This document shows, in pieces, positions 1 through 12,625 of a stretch of DNA of 64,000 nt. Source of the stretch: an uncultured Chloroflexia bacterium. Lineage in GTDB: Bacteria > Chloroflexota > Dehalococcoidia > DSTF01 > JALHUB01. Under the pieces are notes generated by a model. That model saw only the letters and a list, made by a program, of their open reading frames with translations, was not told where the DNA came from and searched no databases. Each line of letters begins with the position of its first letter. The first letter of the stretch is position 1. The stretch is from positions 64,001-128,000 of the forward strand of contig CAVSBT010000015.1 in NCBI GenBank assembly GCA_963726245.1, read 5' to 3'. Made by a program: the position numbers and the translations under genes.

Positions 1-651
1 TGCAGAAGCGTTGCTGGGGCTTGCTCTGCTTCCCGCAGCTCGGGCAGAAGCGCGATTCGGCGGCGGAAGCGGGTGCGGGACCGGCCGGGGCGGGTGGAGC
101 CGCGGGGCGGCGCTGGCTGCGCTTCCACAGGCGCAGCAGCAGCCTGCGCCAAATCCGAGGCGAAAGCGCCGGTCTCCTCCGCAAGCGCTCGCACGCCAGA
201 CACGATGTCTGCGGCCACAGATATCCCTCAATCTCCCACCCAATCACACGGACAACCTTCCTCACCTCCTCGAGCGCGGTGAGGAGGTTCTGTTTGCTGA
301 CCCCGTCCGCGTGCAGCGTGACCGCCACCTCCGCCGCCAACTTGCCCCTTGTGCCACTGGGCGACACTCAACGAGTGCCGAGCGGCTGGCCGCCACCCGC
401 TCCAGAAGTGCTGCTATCCGTTGTGGTCCCTCCGGGTCAGCGGCCATTTCAGCCGACAGAGACAGCTCAAAGTTGCACCCCAGCACGACCCGGGCTGGTT
501 GGGGACCGGTGGCGTGCACTGCGATAGAGAGTGGAGGATCGCCCGAAAGGGAGACAACGCAGGCTAGAGCACTTTCCTCGTCCCGTTCAACCACGACCGA
601 CAGGGATTCCTCCTGACTCCAGCGGCTGATGCTGTCACCCAGGAGCGTCAT
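1..651 (-). CDS. Hypothetical protein with C-terminal zinc ribbon (runs off window start; frameshifted)
   Basis: ORF 262..651 appears to continue by frame changes into VAVTLHADGVSKQNLLTALEEVRKV, then an Ala/Pro linker, then ESRFCPSCGKQSKPQQRFC at the window edge (read from the reverse complement of 1-60). Confidence 0.6.
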
Positions 652-696
652 CGTCGCTAATCCTTTCCGGCAGAGGGGCCTAGCCCGCCCGACCTT

Positions 697-1878
697 CTAC
701 GCGCCTTCGCGGGCCCGCTGCAGTTCTTCGTTCACTTGCACCTGTTGTGAGCGAATCTCATTTACGCGGGCCAGGGCTTCATCTTGCCGCCTGGTGGCCT
801 CTTCGTATTCGGCGGGGATCCGGTTCAGCTCACCGCGAATCTGGCTCTGGAGCTGCGCAGTTCTCGCCTTGGCATCCGAGAAACCGTCCCCTATATTCTT
901 CCATACGTCAGACTGGATGCTCCTCAAGCCCCCAGCCACGGCCGCCGCCAAGGCGGCGCAGAGCCGAAGAGCAGCCGATCTGATTGACAGTGCGGTAACC
1001 TCCATTGCCTTCGCTTCCAGACCCAGGCCCGCCAGAACGCCTATTTGAGGGATAATCGCCGGCGCGGCCAAAAGCCCTGCCAGCCCTGCCAACGCGGCGC
1101 TGATGGAGAACATCGCTCTACTCGTGTTCAGGCTCCCACGGTAGGCCTCAATTCGGGCCATTATGCCGTCCAGGCGTGTCTGCTGCGACTGGAACGCGCC
1201 AGCCAATGCCTCCAGCACTTTGCGTTCCTGCTCGAGTGCTTCGCGGTCCTGATGCGCTTTGTCCAGGGCTTGCGCCGCATCCGAGTACTGGCGGTCCAAC
1301 GCCGCAAGGCGCTCCGTCAGCTGCTTGATTCGCGCATTCGCCGCGCCGGGGCCCGATAGGCGGCCGCGCGCCAGCGCCGCCGCGCCTGCCGCTGCGCCCA
1401 TGGTTCCCGTTATGGCGCCCGCCGTCGCCAGGTCCCGATTCGAGGGTCCCCCACCGCCCTCATAGACCGCCTCGCTGGCGTCCCGTATGACGCCACCGCC
1501 GCCGAGGGTGCTCCCTCCGGGCACGGCGGCGTCTGCACCACCGTTCTTCTTAGTGCATTCCGTGAGAAAAGCAAAGGAGGTGTAATTGGGGCAGCCCGGA
1601 GGGCCCTTGCCATCTGTCGTCGGCCGGTGTACGTAGACTCCCGCATAACCGTCGTCGCAGAGGCTGTTGCCGGTGTAGCCGATGTGCCCAAATCGGGGAA
1701 TGGTGTCCTCATCCTGCACGCAACATTGCCCGGACATGCGCTCCCAGTGGAAGTCTGCCGGGCAGTTCTTCTTCTCCACCTGGGCCGACGATGAGTTCCC
1801 TGCGACGAGCCAAAGGAGGGTCGCCAGGGTGAAGCTCACACCTACTACGAACGTGGTCAGCAGCAGCCTTCGGAGCAT
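697..1878 (-). CDS. Exported/membrane protein: signal peptide, Cys-rich domain, coiled coils, hydrophobic hairpin
   Basis: 393-aa ORF; hydrophobic N-terminus ending SSSAQ, six Cys in residues ~39-108, Gly/Ala-rich segment, heptad-rich helices. TGG-TATGCT -10 box 9 nt upstream of the ATG. Confidence 0.7.
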   Translation of the reverse strand: MLRRLLLTTFVVGVSFTLATLLWLVAGNSSSAQVEKKNCPADFHWERMSGQCCVQDEDTIPRFGHIGYTGNSLCDDGYAGVYVHRPTTDGKGPPGCPNYTSFAFLTECTKKNGGADAAVPGGSTLGGGGVIRDASEAVYEGGGGPSNRDLATAGAITGTMGAAAGAAALARGRLSGPGAANARIKQLTERLAALDRQYSDAAQALDKAHQDREALEQERKVLEALAGAFQSQQTRLDGIMARIEAYRGSLNTSRAMFSISAALAGLAGLLAAPAIIPQIGVLAGLGLEAKAMEVTALSIRSAALRLCAALAAAVAGGLRSIQSDVWKNIGDGFSDAKARTAQLQSQIRGELNRIPAEYEEATRRQDEALARVNEIRSQQVQVNEELQRAREGA

Positions 1879-2019
1879 GGCGTCGAGAGCATACCATCGC
1901 CGGACGCGAGCCGCCAGAGCGAATACGGATCGAGAACGTCGCAGTGCATCTGCAATGTGTGTTGCACGTTGCGGGCCGGTCGCCCATCATGCTGGCGAGA
2001 GTCTGACAGGAGAACGGCC

Positions 2020-2784
2020 ATGCCGTACTGCCCCAACTGCGGCTCCGAGACCGAAGCCGGCGCTGCCTTCTGCGGCTCCTGCGGTGCGCAACTGGAGGGT
2101 GAAGCGCCGCCACCTCCGCCTAGCCCTCCGGCACGTCAGGGATCACGGTGGGCTGGCTTTGCCGGGCTGCTTGCCTTGATATTGCTGGTGGCGGGCGGGG
2201 TCGCCCTCTACGATCAGGTTGGCCGGGACGGAGAGTGGCGTCATCGCCTGTTCGGCGGCGAGGAAGACCAGAGAGTCGTGGCAGGGCCGTCTCCCACGAT
2301 GTCGGCTGCCCCCACGCCCACGGCCGCCGTGCCGTCGCCCACTGCATCGGCGCTTCCCGAGCCCACCAGGGCCCCCGCTCCCACCGCGACCGCCAGGCCC
2401 ACCACGCCCCCTGAGCCCCCGCCGCGACCCACGCCCACGACACCCTCCGAGGCCACACCCACCGCCGTTCAGGCGCCAACCGCCGTCCCGCCTGCCCCAG
2501 GCTACACCACCCCGGAGGAGGCCATTGGCGCCTATCTCGAGCAGTACGGGGTGTCCTATGCCGGTGATTGCGCGTCAGCCGACCTGCAAACGGACGTTGG
2601 GTCTTTCTGCTCCACCATGTGGGAGAAGACGGACACAGGCCTCGTATACCTTGCCGGCCTGGCGTTCTCGGAGCCCGAGTCCTGGTTGCTGCTGGCCGAC
2701 CAGGGCGGAGGTAGCGGCTGGCTGGTCGTGGATCAAGCCGAGGTTGTGCCTGGACCCCAAGGCCTCGTGTCGCCCTGGCCCTGA
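2020..2784 (+). CDS. Zinc-ribbon membrane protein with Pro/Thr linker and extracytoplasmic domain
   Basis: MPYCPNCG...FCGSCG, TM helix, PTPT linker, C-terminal domain with a Cys pair; AGGAG RBS upstream of ATG 2020. Confidence 0.8.
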   Translation: MPYCPNCGSETEAGAAFCGSCGAQLEGEAPPPPPSPPARQGSRWAGFAGLLALILLVAGGVALYDQVGRDGEWRHRLFGGEEDQRVVAGPSPTMSAAPTPTAAVPSPTASALPEPTRAPAPTATARPTTPPEPPPRPTPTTPSEATPTAVQAPTAVPPAPGYTTPEEAIGAYLEQYGVSYAGDCASADLQTDVGSFCSTMWEKTDTGLVYLAGLAFSEPESWLLLADQGGGSGWLVVDQAEVVPGPQGLVSPWP

Positions 2785-3033
2785 ACACCAGAGGTTGCTG
2801 GGCGCCCCAGCGTAGACTGCTTCTGGCATCACCCTCAAGATGCCCCGCCTCCCCTGGCGGGTCGCAGATTCCCCAAGGCTGGCAGTTCCTCGATATTGAT
2901 CGCGCCCTGTGAGTTGACGCCCCTGGGGGCGAGCGGTAAGCTTGATTTATAGCATGCAATGCATCCCGCTCGTACAGGGCTGCTCGCGGTCGCTGTCTGA
3001 TTCTCACCCGCAGATACGCAGAGAGACGACAAC

Positions 3034-4113
3034 ATGAAATCAGGGAATGGTACCCAGCACGGGATCAAAGAAAGGGTGGCTGGCTCCGGACAGGTTCTGG
3101 ACCGCCCGTCACACGATGTGGCCGGCCAGCACTCAGAGAGCGCTCGTAGCGTGGCGGCGCCCAACGCGGCCGAACCAGCCGCCATCCGGACACATGGTCT
3201 GGTGAAGCGCTACCCGCCGGACACATTGGCCGTCGACGGGCTTGATCTCGAGGTCGGGCGCGGAGAGTTCTTCGGGCTCCTCGGGCCCAACGGAGCAGGC
3301 AAGACGACGACCATCGGCATGCTTACCACCAGGGTCATCCCCACGAGCGGCGAGGCGGCAGTGGCTGGGCTCGACGTTCGGACCCACGCCGTGGACGTCA
3401 AGCGGATGATCGGGGTCGTGACACAGGATAACACGCTTGACAGGCGTCTGACGGCCTGGGAGAACCTGTACTACCACGGCCGGTACTTCGGGCTCAGCCG
3501 CTCTGTAGCCCGCGATGAGGCCGAGCGGTCGCTCCGCATGGTTCGCTTGGAGGACCGGGCACGCTACTTCGTCGACCAGCTTTCGGGTGGCATGCAGCAG
3601 CGATTGCTCATCGGGCGGGCGCTGGTTCACCGGCCGCAGGTGCTGTTCCTGGACGAGCCAACAGCAGGGATCGATCCGCAGGGGCGTCTGGCGCTCTGGG
3701 AGATCCTGCAGGGCCTTCACAATGACGGGCAGACAATACTGCTCACAACCCACTACATGGAGGAAGCCGACGAGCTCTGTCAGCGCGTAGCGATCATGGA
3801 TCACGGACGAATTCTCGCGATGGGTTCCCCGGAGGAGTTGAGGCGTTCGGTCGGAGCGGAGACGGTCCTGAGCTTTCAGTTTGAGCCGGTAACGGATCAC
3901 TTGGTGGCGACGCTGGAAGCTCTCCCGGGTGTGAAGGGATTGGAGAGCGGATCAGGCGGACTGAGGGTGTATGCCGACGGTAACCACGGGCTGTTACCGC
4001 AAGTGGTCCAGACAATCCTGGCCGAGGGCGTGACGCTGCGGGACGTGTCTGTCAGTACGCCAACCCTGGAAACCGTGTTCATAAAGCTGACCGGAAGGGA
4101 GCTGCGGGAATGA
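3034..4113 (+). CDS. ABC transporter ATP-binding protein (DrrA-like exporter)
   Basis: Walker A GPNGAGKTT, signature LSGGMQQR, Walker B LFLDEPT, TTHYMEEA. Confidence 0.95.
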   Translation: MKSGNGTQHGIKERVAGSGQVLDRPSHDVAGQHSESARSVAAPNAAEPAAIRTHGLVKRYPPDTLAVDGLDLEVGRGEFFGLLGPNGAGKTTTIGMLTTRVIPTSGEAAVAGLDVRTHAVDVKRMIGVVTQDNTLDRRLTAWENLYYHGRYFGLSRSVARDEAERSLRMVRLEDRARYFVDQLSGGMQQRLLIGRALVHRPQVLFLDEPTAGIDPQGRLALWEILQGLHNDGQTILLTTHYMEEADELCQRVAIMDHGRILAMGSPEELRRSVGAETVLSFQFEPVTDHLVATLEALPGVKGLESGSGGLRVYADGNHGLLPQVVQTILAEGVTLRDVSVSTPTLETVFIKLTGRELRE

Positions 4114-4934
4114 CGGCAGAGGCTACAGCAGTTGCGCTGCCGCTCCAGCGGCGTCGACCTTGGTTGGCATGGGCGCAGACGTTCTTCGCCCTCATGGAGC
4201 GAGACGCGCGGGTGTTGCGGCGCGACATTGTTCCCTTCCTCTTGAGGACAGTGATGCAGCCGCTGATGTTTGTCTTCGTCTTCGCATACCTCCTTCCCAA
4301 GATTGGGGAAGGGTCAAGCTCGTTCGGCAACATCCTGGTTCCCGGCCTCATCGCTTCCGCTCTCTTTTTCCAGGGCATCCAGGCTGTTGCCCTCCCTTTG
4401 GTGCAGGAGTTCAGTCAAACCAAGGAGATCGAGGACCGGGTAATGGCGCCCCTTCCGGTGGCGGGGGTGGCTATAGAGAAGATCTTCTTCGCATTACTGC
4501 AGGCGCTGCTTTCGGCGCTGGTGGTGTTCCCGCTCGTGTACATTATTCCGCTGCAGAGGCCCGACCTTCATGTCGACCCCGTCGTTCTCGTGACCGTGCT
4601 GCCTCTAGCCGCGCTCGTCTCCGCATCGCTTGGGCTCCTCATCGGAACCGTGGCTGGTCCGCGTCAAATCCCGCTCGTGTTCTCGGTAATCGTTCTGCCC
4701 GTAGTCTTCCTGGGCGCGGTCTACTACCCTTGGTCGCAACTTGAATCCCTCCGCTGGCTCCAGGTGCTCATCCTGCTCAACCCGCTCGTGTACATGAGCG
4801 AGGGGCTTCGGGGAGCGCTCACCCCCCAATACGGGCACATGAACTACTTGGCGGTGTACCTCGGGCTGATGGTCGGTGCTGCTGTCTGCACCTACCTCAG
4901 TGTCCGGCGCTTCATCAACCGCGTGCAGTCCTGA
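4110..4934 (+). CDS. ABC-2 type transporter permease
   Basis: Six predicted TM helices, LNPLVYMSEGLR motif, ATGA overlap with the ATPase gene. Confidence 0.93.
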   Translation: MTAEATAVALPLQRRRPWLAWAQTFFALMERDARVLRRDIVPFLLRTVMQPLMFVFVFAYLLPKIGEGSSSFGNILVPGLIASALFFQGIQAVALPLVQEFSQTKEIEDRVMAPLPVAGVAIEKIFFALLQALLSALVVFPLVYIIPLQRPDLHVDPVVLVTVLPLAALVSASLGLLIGTVAGPRQIPLVFSVIVLPVVFLGAVYYPWSQLESLRWLQVLILLNPLVYMSEGLRGALTPQYGHMNYLAVYLGLMVGAAVCTYLSVRRFINRVQS

Positions 4935-4966
4935 CTTCGGTAGATCCCGCGCGAGCCACGACTCGG

Positions 4967-5695
4967 TTAACGCAGGCCTTTCATCCACTCGTGGGCAAAC
5001 TGCTCCGGTTGCCCGGTTGTTACCGCTTCCAGCACCCTTTCAGCCATGAACTCGGCTGAATCAGGGGGTCGAAGAGCGCTATCTCCTCCCTCTTCGTATT
5101 GGGTGTCAGGGCCGTCTTTGATTGTTCTCTCTTCAAAATCAGTCAGTGTCATGTACGGGTACACGACGCTCACCACAATGTTGTCTTCCTGCAGTTCTTC
5201 GCGGGCAATGAGGCTAAGCGCATTTAGCGCGCGCTTTACAGAGGAGTATGGGCTCATATTCGGCAGGTGCATGAGTGATGCGCCAGAGCTGATGTTCACA
5301 ATCGTGCCACCGCCCTGCTTTCTCATTGCTGGGATGACAGCCTGCATGGCAACTAACGGTCCGACGACATCCAGTTCGAAAAGCCGGCGGTACTTGACGA
5401 TGTCTATATACTCCAGAGGCGCATCATATCCTTGGCCGGCGCAATTAACGAGAATATCAACGCGGCCGTAGTGCTTAAGCACTTCCCCCACCATCTTCTT
5501 GATGTCCTTCTCTTGACTCATGTCGGCCGGAGCTACAAAGGAGTTCGGAAGCTCTCTCGAGAGCTCGATGAGCTTGTCGACTGATCGCGCCACCAGAGCC
5601 ACCCTGGCGCCGCGTTGCGTCAAGAGTCTGGCGGTTGCGAGACCAATGCCGGACGAGGCTCCGGTAACTATCGCGACTTTGTCTTTGACAATCAT
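4967..5695 (-). CDS. SDR family oxidoreductase
   Basis: TGASSGIG, DILVNCAG, NISS, YSSVK catalytic motif; visibly lower GC than neighbours. Confidence 0.93.
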   Translation of the reverse strand: MIVKDKVAIVTGASSGIGLATARLLTQRGARVALVARSVDKLIELSRELPNSFVAPADMSQEKDIKKMVGEVLKHYGRVDILVNCAGQGYDAPLEYIDIVKYRRLFELDVVGPLVAMQAVIPAMRKQGGGTIVNISSGASLMHLPNMSPYSSVKRALNALSLIAREELQEDNIVVSVVYPYMTLTDFEERTIKDGPDTQYEEGGDSALRPPDSAEFMAERVLEAVTTGQPEQFAHEWMKGLR

Positions 5696-5794
5696 ACAAA
5701 ACACCACCACAGAAAGTTCGAATCAGATTCTCGATTCGGTGGCCTCACGATCCGCGAGGATAATACATCAACGCCTCTAGCGAGAAACAGCATG

Positions 5795-5854
5795 AAAGAA
5801 AAGCGACCCGCCCCGCGGCAAACGTCATCTCCCCAACCGCTTGCCGGGGGCGGG
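5795..5854 (-). terminator. Probable intrinsic terminator of the dcw operon
   Basis: Inverted repeat 5807-5824 / 5838-5854 followed on the minus strand by TCGCTTTTCTTTC, downstream of ftsZ. Confidence 0.6.
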
Positions 5855-5965
5855 CCTGAGCGACCCCTCTTCTGGAAGGGTGCTATCCCGGTCCGTCCGG
5901 GGTCAATTTGACTGCTCGGCTAGACAGACACCTCCTCTCTTTGGCTTCTTCATGGCACACCTTCC

Positions 5966-7032
5966 TCAGCGCGCCGCGACCGTGCGGCGCAAGAAGGTGG
6001 GCAGCTCGGTGTCGGCCACAGCGGCCATGGCTTCGGGCCGGATGGTGCGGAAGCGTTCCTCTTGCGCCTCCCGCATCTCGTGCGTCACGAAGCCGGTGGC
6101 GATGACGGTCACCTTCACCTCGTCGCCCAGGTCGGGGTCGGTGGCGGTGCCGAAGATGATCTCCGCGTCCGGGTCCACGATCTCGGCGATGACCTGGGCC
6201 GCCATGTTCAGCTCGTGGAGGCCCAGGTTGCGGGCGCCGGTGATGTTGAAGAGAACGCCTCGGGCGCCGGCGATGCTGACATCCAGCAGCGGGCTGCTGA
6301 TCGCCGCCTTGGTGGCCTCGACGGCCCGGTTCTCGCCGCTGGCCCGGCCGATGGCCAGCAGGGCCTGGCCCGCCTCGCTCATGATCTTGCGCACGTCGGC
6401 GAAGTCCAGGTTGATCTCGCCGGGCAGCGTGATGATCTCGGCGATGCCCTGGATGCCCTGGCGAAGGACGTCGTCGGCGGTGCGGAACGCCTCGTCCAGC
6501 GTCGTCTTGACGTCGCAAACGGCGAGGAGGCGGTCGTTGGGGATGACGATAAGCGTATCGACCTTGCTGCGGAGCTGGTTGATGCCCTCCTCGGCCTGGT
6601 GGCGGCGCTTCGAGCCTTCGAAGCCAAAGGGCTTGGTGACGACGCCGATGGTGAGGGCGCCCGTCTCCCGGGCTATCTCGGCCACGACGGGTGCGGCGCC
6701 GGTGCCGGTGCCGCCGCCCATTCCGGCCGTAACGAAGACCATCTCCGCGCCGCGAGATGGCGTCGTAGATCTCGTCGCGGCTCTCCTCGGCGGCGCGCTG
6801 CCCCTTGCCGGGGTCGCCGCCTGCCCCGAGACCCTTCGTCAGCTTCTCGCCGATGCGGATGCGCACGTGCGCCTCGGCGCCGGCCAGGGCCTGGGCGTCG
6901 GAGTTCACGGCCACGAGTTGGACGCCCGGCGCCCGTTCGCCCATCATGCGCGTTAACAGCGTTGCAGCCGCCGCCACCGACGCCGACCACCTTGATGGGT
7001 GGGAGTCCCTCCAGGTTCGATTTAGCGGTCAA
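5966..7032 (-). CDS. ftsZ: Cell division protein FtsZ (two apparent frameshifts near 6950 and 6760)
   Basis: [42 protein letters not shown]-terminal LPTFLRR across three frames; TTG start with AGGAGG RBS. Confidence 0.95.
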
Positions 7033-7125
7033 ATGTGTCCTCCTTTCCCCCTCATTTGTGTTCTCTTGCGGCAAGCCTGCTGCCATCACCTCCCCCTGGT
7101 CCGCCCGTCGGCGGACGGGCTGCCC

Positions 7126-8373
7126 CTACTCGGGCAGCAGAACTTTGGCCCAGTTGGTGAACCGCTTCAGCCAGCCCCCGAACGGCGTCGGCGGGCGCAG
7201 CTTCGTGGATTGGTAGCCGTGCGCGCTTTCGCGGACGGCCCATTGCAGGAGGCCGACGCTGGCGGCGTAAGCCGGGTCGGCCAGGGTGTCGGATAGGCCC
7301 TGGAGGTTGCGCGGCCGTCCCACGCGGGCCGGCAGCCCCGTCACCTGCTCGGCCAGGATGTCGATGCCGCTCAGCTTGGCCGAGCCGCCGGTGAGGACGA
7401 GTCCCGCCGATACGATGTCGCCCTGGACGGAGCGCTTCACCTCCATGACGATCAGCTCCAGGATCTCTTCCATACGCGCCTGGAGGATCTCGCAGAGCTG
7501 ACGGCGGTGGATGGTCCGGCGCCTCTCGCTGCCGAAGGCGTCCAGCTCCACCGTCTCGTCCGGATCGATGCTGCTTGGAATGGCGTGGCCGAGGCTGGCC
7601 TTAGCTTCCTCGGCGGCTTGGTAGGGGCAGCGCAGGCCAATGACCACGTCTCTCGTCAGGTGGTGGCCGCCCAGCGCCAGGACGGCGGTGTGGTAGACGG
7701 CGCCGTCCAGGAAGAGGGCGATGTCGGTGGTGCCGCCGCCGATGTCCGCTACCACCACGCCCTGCCGCTTCTCCTCGTCCTCCAGCACCGCCTCGGCGCT
7801 GGCCAGTGGCTGAAGGATGAGGCTGTCCACCTGCACGCCGATGCCTTCGATGCAGCGCGAGAGGTTCTGGATAGCGCTGACGGCGCCTGTCACGATGTGT
7901 GTCTCGACGTCCAAACGCTGGCCGTACATGCCCAGGGGATCGCTGACGCTGTCCTGGCCGTCCACCACGTAGTAGCGAGGGATGACATGCAGGATCTCCC
8001 GGTTGGCGGGCAGGCTGACCACGCGGGCGCCGTCGAGGGCGCGGGAGACGTCATCGGGCGTGATGGGGCGCTGGCGTTCGGGGATGGCCACTATGCCGCG
8101 GTTGTTCAGCGATTGGATGTGGCTGCCGGCGATGCCAACGTGGGCGGAGAGGATACGCGTAGCGCTCGATCGCTCCGCCTTCTCCACCGAGGCCCGTATG
8201 CATTCGCTGGCGTCCCGGATGTTGTCGACCATGCCCCGGCTGAGGCCGGCGGCGGGAGCGACTCCTACCCCGAGGATGCGCATCTCGCCCTCGCCGGCGA
8301 TCTCAGCCACCAGGGTGCAGATCTTGGTGGTGCCTACGTCTATGGAGGCAAAGGTGCTGCCTTTAGCTGCCAC
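7126..8373 (-). CDS. ftsA: Cell division protein FtsA
   Basis: IDVGTTKI, DIGGGTTD, VLTGGSA actin-like motifs; position next to ftsZ. Confidence 0.96.
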   Translation of the reverse strand: MAAKGSTFASIDVGTTKICTLVAEIAGEGEMRILGVGVAPAAGLSRGMVDNIRDASECIRASVEKAERSSATRILSAHVGIAGSHIQSLNNRGIVAIPERQRPITPDDVSRALDGARVVSLPANREILHVIPRYYVVDGQDSVSDPLGMYGQRLDVETHIVTGAVSAIQNLSRCIEGIGVQVDSLILQPLASAEAVLEDEEKRQGVVVADIGGGTTDIALFLDGAVYHTAVLALGGHHLTRDVVIGLRCPYQAAEEAKASLGHAIPSSIDPDETVELDAFGSERRRTIHRRQLCEILQARMEEILELIVMEVKRSVQGDIVSAGLVLTGGSAKLSGIDILAEQVTGLPARVGRPRNLQGLSDTLADPAYAASVGLLQWAVRESAHGYQSTKLRPPTPFGGWLKRFTNWAKVLLPE

Positions 8374-8403
8374 CTCGACCCCTCCTTCCTCACAGCGGGT
8401 CCC

Positions 8404-10270
<1,867 letters not shown>

Positions 10271-10271
<1 letters not shown>

Positions 10272-11192
10272 CAGAAGCCCTCCCCCACCAGCGCCACCTC
10301 CAGCTCGAGCTCGATGCCGAAGCGGGCCATGACCCGCTCTCGCGCCAGCTCGATGAGGGCTTTCACGTCGGCGGCGCGGGCATGGCCGGCGTTGATGAAG
10401 AAGTTGGCGTGCTTGGGCGAGATGACGGCCTCGCCGATGCGATGTCCCTTCAGTCCTACCTGGTCGATGAGCCACCAGGCCGGGTGCTCCGGGGCGTTCT
10501 TGAAGATGGAACCGGCGTTGCGGCCTCGAGGCTGCGCGGCCAGCCGCCGGCGGTCCAGCTCCGACTACCCGCTCCACGAGCTGAGCGGCGTCGCCGCGCA
10601 GGAGGCGGAAGGTCGCGGAGAGGACGGCCTTGTTCTCCAGGAGGCCGCGGGTGAAGGCGCTGCCCCGGTAGGCCAGCTCCAGGTCGGCGGCGGGCACGTC
10701 ATGCTCGCCGTTGCTGTTGGCGATGCGGACGCTGAGCAGGATGTCGGCCAGGCAGCCGCCGTAGGCGCCGGCGTTGTAGACGACGGCGCCGCCGACAGTG
10801 CCGGGGATGCCGCCCGCCCACTCGAGGCCGGCCCAGCCCTGACGTGCCAGGCTGCGGGCCAGGGCGGCGAGGCTGACGCCGGAGGCCGCTTCGAGCAAAG
10901 CGCCGTCACCGTCCGGGCGTGGACCCTCGACCTGGGTGGCGCGGTTCTCGATCACAACCCCGCGGATGCCCAGGTCGCCGACCAGGATGTTGCTGCCCGA
11001 CCCCAGGACGAAGAAGGGCGTCCGGTAGCGATGGCAGAGGGCGAGGGCCCCGGCCAGCGCCTCCGGCGAGCCGGCCACGACGTACACGTCGGCGGGCCCG
11101 CCGATGCCGAAGGTGGTGTGGCGGGCCAGCGGCTCCTCCTCTCGGACCGGGCCCAGCGCGGCCAGCTCAGCTACGAGTTCGCGCGCTATCAT
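10271..11192 (-). CDS. murB: UDP-N-acetylenolpyruvoylglucosamine reductase (frameshift near 10565)
   Basis: HTTFGIGGPA, GSGSNIL, GIPGTVGGAVVYNAGAYG, AGSIFKN, KHANFFIN. Confidence 0.95.
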
Positions 11193-12614
11193 CACGCCTT
11201 CCTGCTCCGCAGGCGCTCCAGCACCATGGGGCCTACCTGGTCCACGTCGCCGGCGCCGATGGTGAAGAACACGTCGCCCGGCTTGAGCAGCGCGGCGACC
11301 GTCTCCGCCGCCTCCTCGAACGTGGCGACGAAGCGGGCGCGCGGCCGCTCGATGGCCTCGGCCAGTTGGCGGCCGTCCATGCCGGCGTCGGGCGTCTCGC
11401 GGGCGGCGTAGGTGTCAGCGATCAGCAGCTCGTCCACGTCTTCGAAGCAGGTACGGAAGCCCTCCAGCAGATAGCGCGTGCGGCTGTAGGTGTGGGGCTG
11501 GAAGAGGCACACCAGCCGCCGGCCGCGGAAGCGCTGGCGGGCGGTGGCCAGGGTGGCGCGCACCTCCGTCGGGTGGTGGGCGTAGTCGTCCATGACGGTG
11601 ACGCCGCCGGCCTCGCCCACCAGCTCGAAGCGCCGGTGGACGCCCCGGAAGGCGGCCACGGCCTCCCGCACCGTCTCCAGCGGCACGTCCAGGGCGTGGG
11701 CGGTGGCGATGGCGGCCAGGGAATTGGCAACGTTGTGGCGGCCGGGAATGCCGGTGTGGAACGCACCGTGGACCTGCCCCTGACGGAGCGCCCGGAACGA
11801 GTAGGAGCCGTCGGGCTGGGGCTCCAGGGCCTCGGCAGTCCAGTGGGCAGGGCCGTCCAGGGCGTAGGACTCGACATAACGTGCGACGACATGAGCCGCC
11901 GGCGGGCTGCCGTCGAACCCGAGGAGGCGGCGCACTGTCGCGTTGTCGGCGCAGCCGATGATGCGCCCGTCGGCGGGCACCTGGCTCAGGAAGCGGCCGA
12001 AGGTCTCGGTCAGGCGCTCCAGGGAGCCGTAGATGTCGAGGTGGTCGGCCTCGACGTTGGTGACCACGGCTAGCTGCGGGTGGTAGCTCGAGGAAGGCGG
12101 CGTCGAACTCGTCGGCCTCCACCACGACGTGGCGGCCGCTGCCGGCGGCGGCGTTGCCTCCCAGGTCGGGTACCTCGCCACCGATCAGGTAGGTGGGCGA
12201 GAGGTCGGCCCGCTTCAGGATGAAGGCGATGAGGGCGGAGGTGGTGGTCTTGCCGTGGCTGCCGGCAACGGCGACGGCGTAGCGGCCCTCCATGAGGCGG
12301 GCGACCATCTCGGCGCGCTTGATGACGGGCAGGCCGCGACGGCGAGCCTCGGCGATCTCGGGGTTGTCGTCGCGGGCGGCGGACGTGATCACCACCAGCG
12401 CCGCCTCGCCCACGTTCTCTGCACGATGCCCTTCGAAGAAGGAGGCCCCCTCGGCGGCCAGGCGGTCGGTGAGCGACGACGGCCGCAGGTCGGAGCCGGT
12501 GACGGTGTGGCCCCAGGTCAGCAGGATGTGGGCGATGGCGGACATGTGTATCCCGCCGATGCCCACCAGGTGCACTCGCTGGGGGATTTGCTGGCCGACC
12601 GGTGTTTCTGTCAT
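11192..12614 (-). CDS. murC: UDP-N-acetylmuramate--L-alanine ligase (frameshift near 12090)
   Basis: HLVGIGGIHMS, AGSHGKTTT, EADEFD, DDYAHHPTE, FQPHTYSRT. Confidence 0.95.
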
Positions 12615-12625
12615 CGTCCTCACGT

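Noticed and set aside
2290-2505. T-poor, C-rich repetitive tract
   Set aside because: Explained by a Pro/Thr/Ala linker in an intact gene, unlike the 37.4-37.9 kb tract.
5884-5905. Guanidine-II riboswitch (ACGR loop)
   Set aside because: Single hairpin with a 5-nt ACGGA loop, no twin hairpin, and no transporter gene downstream.
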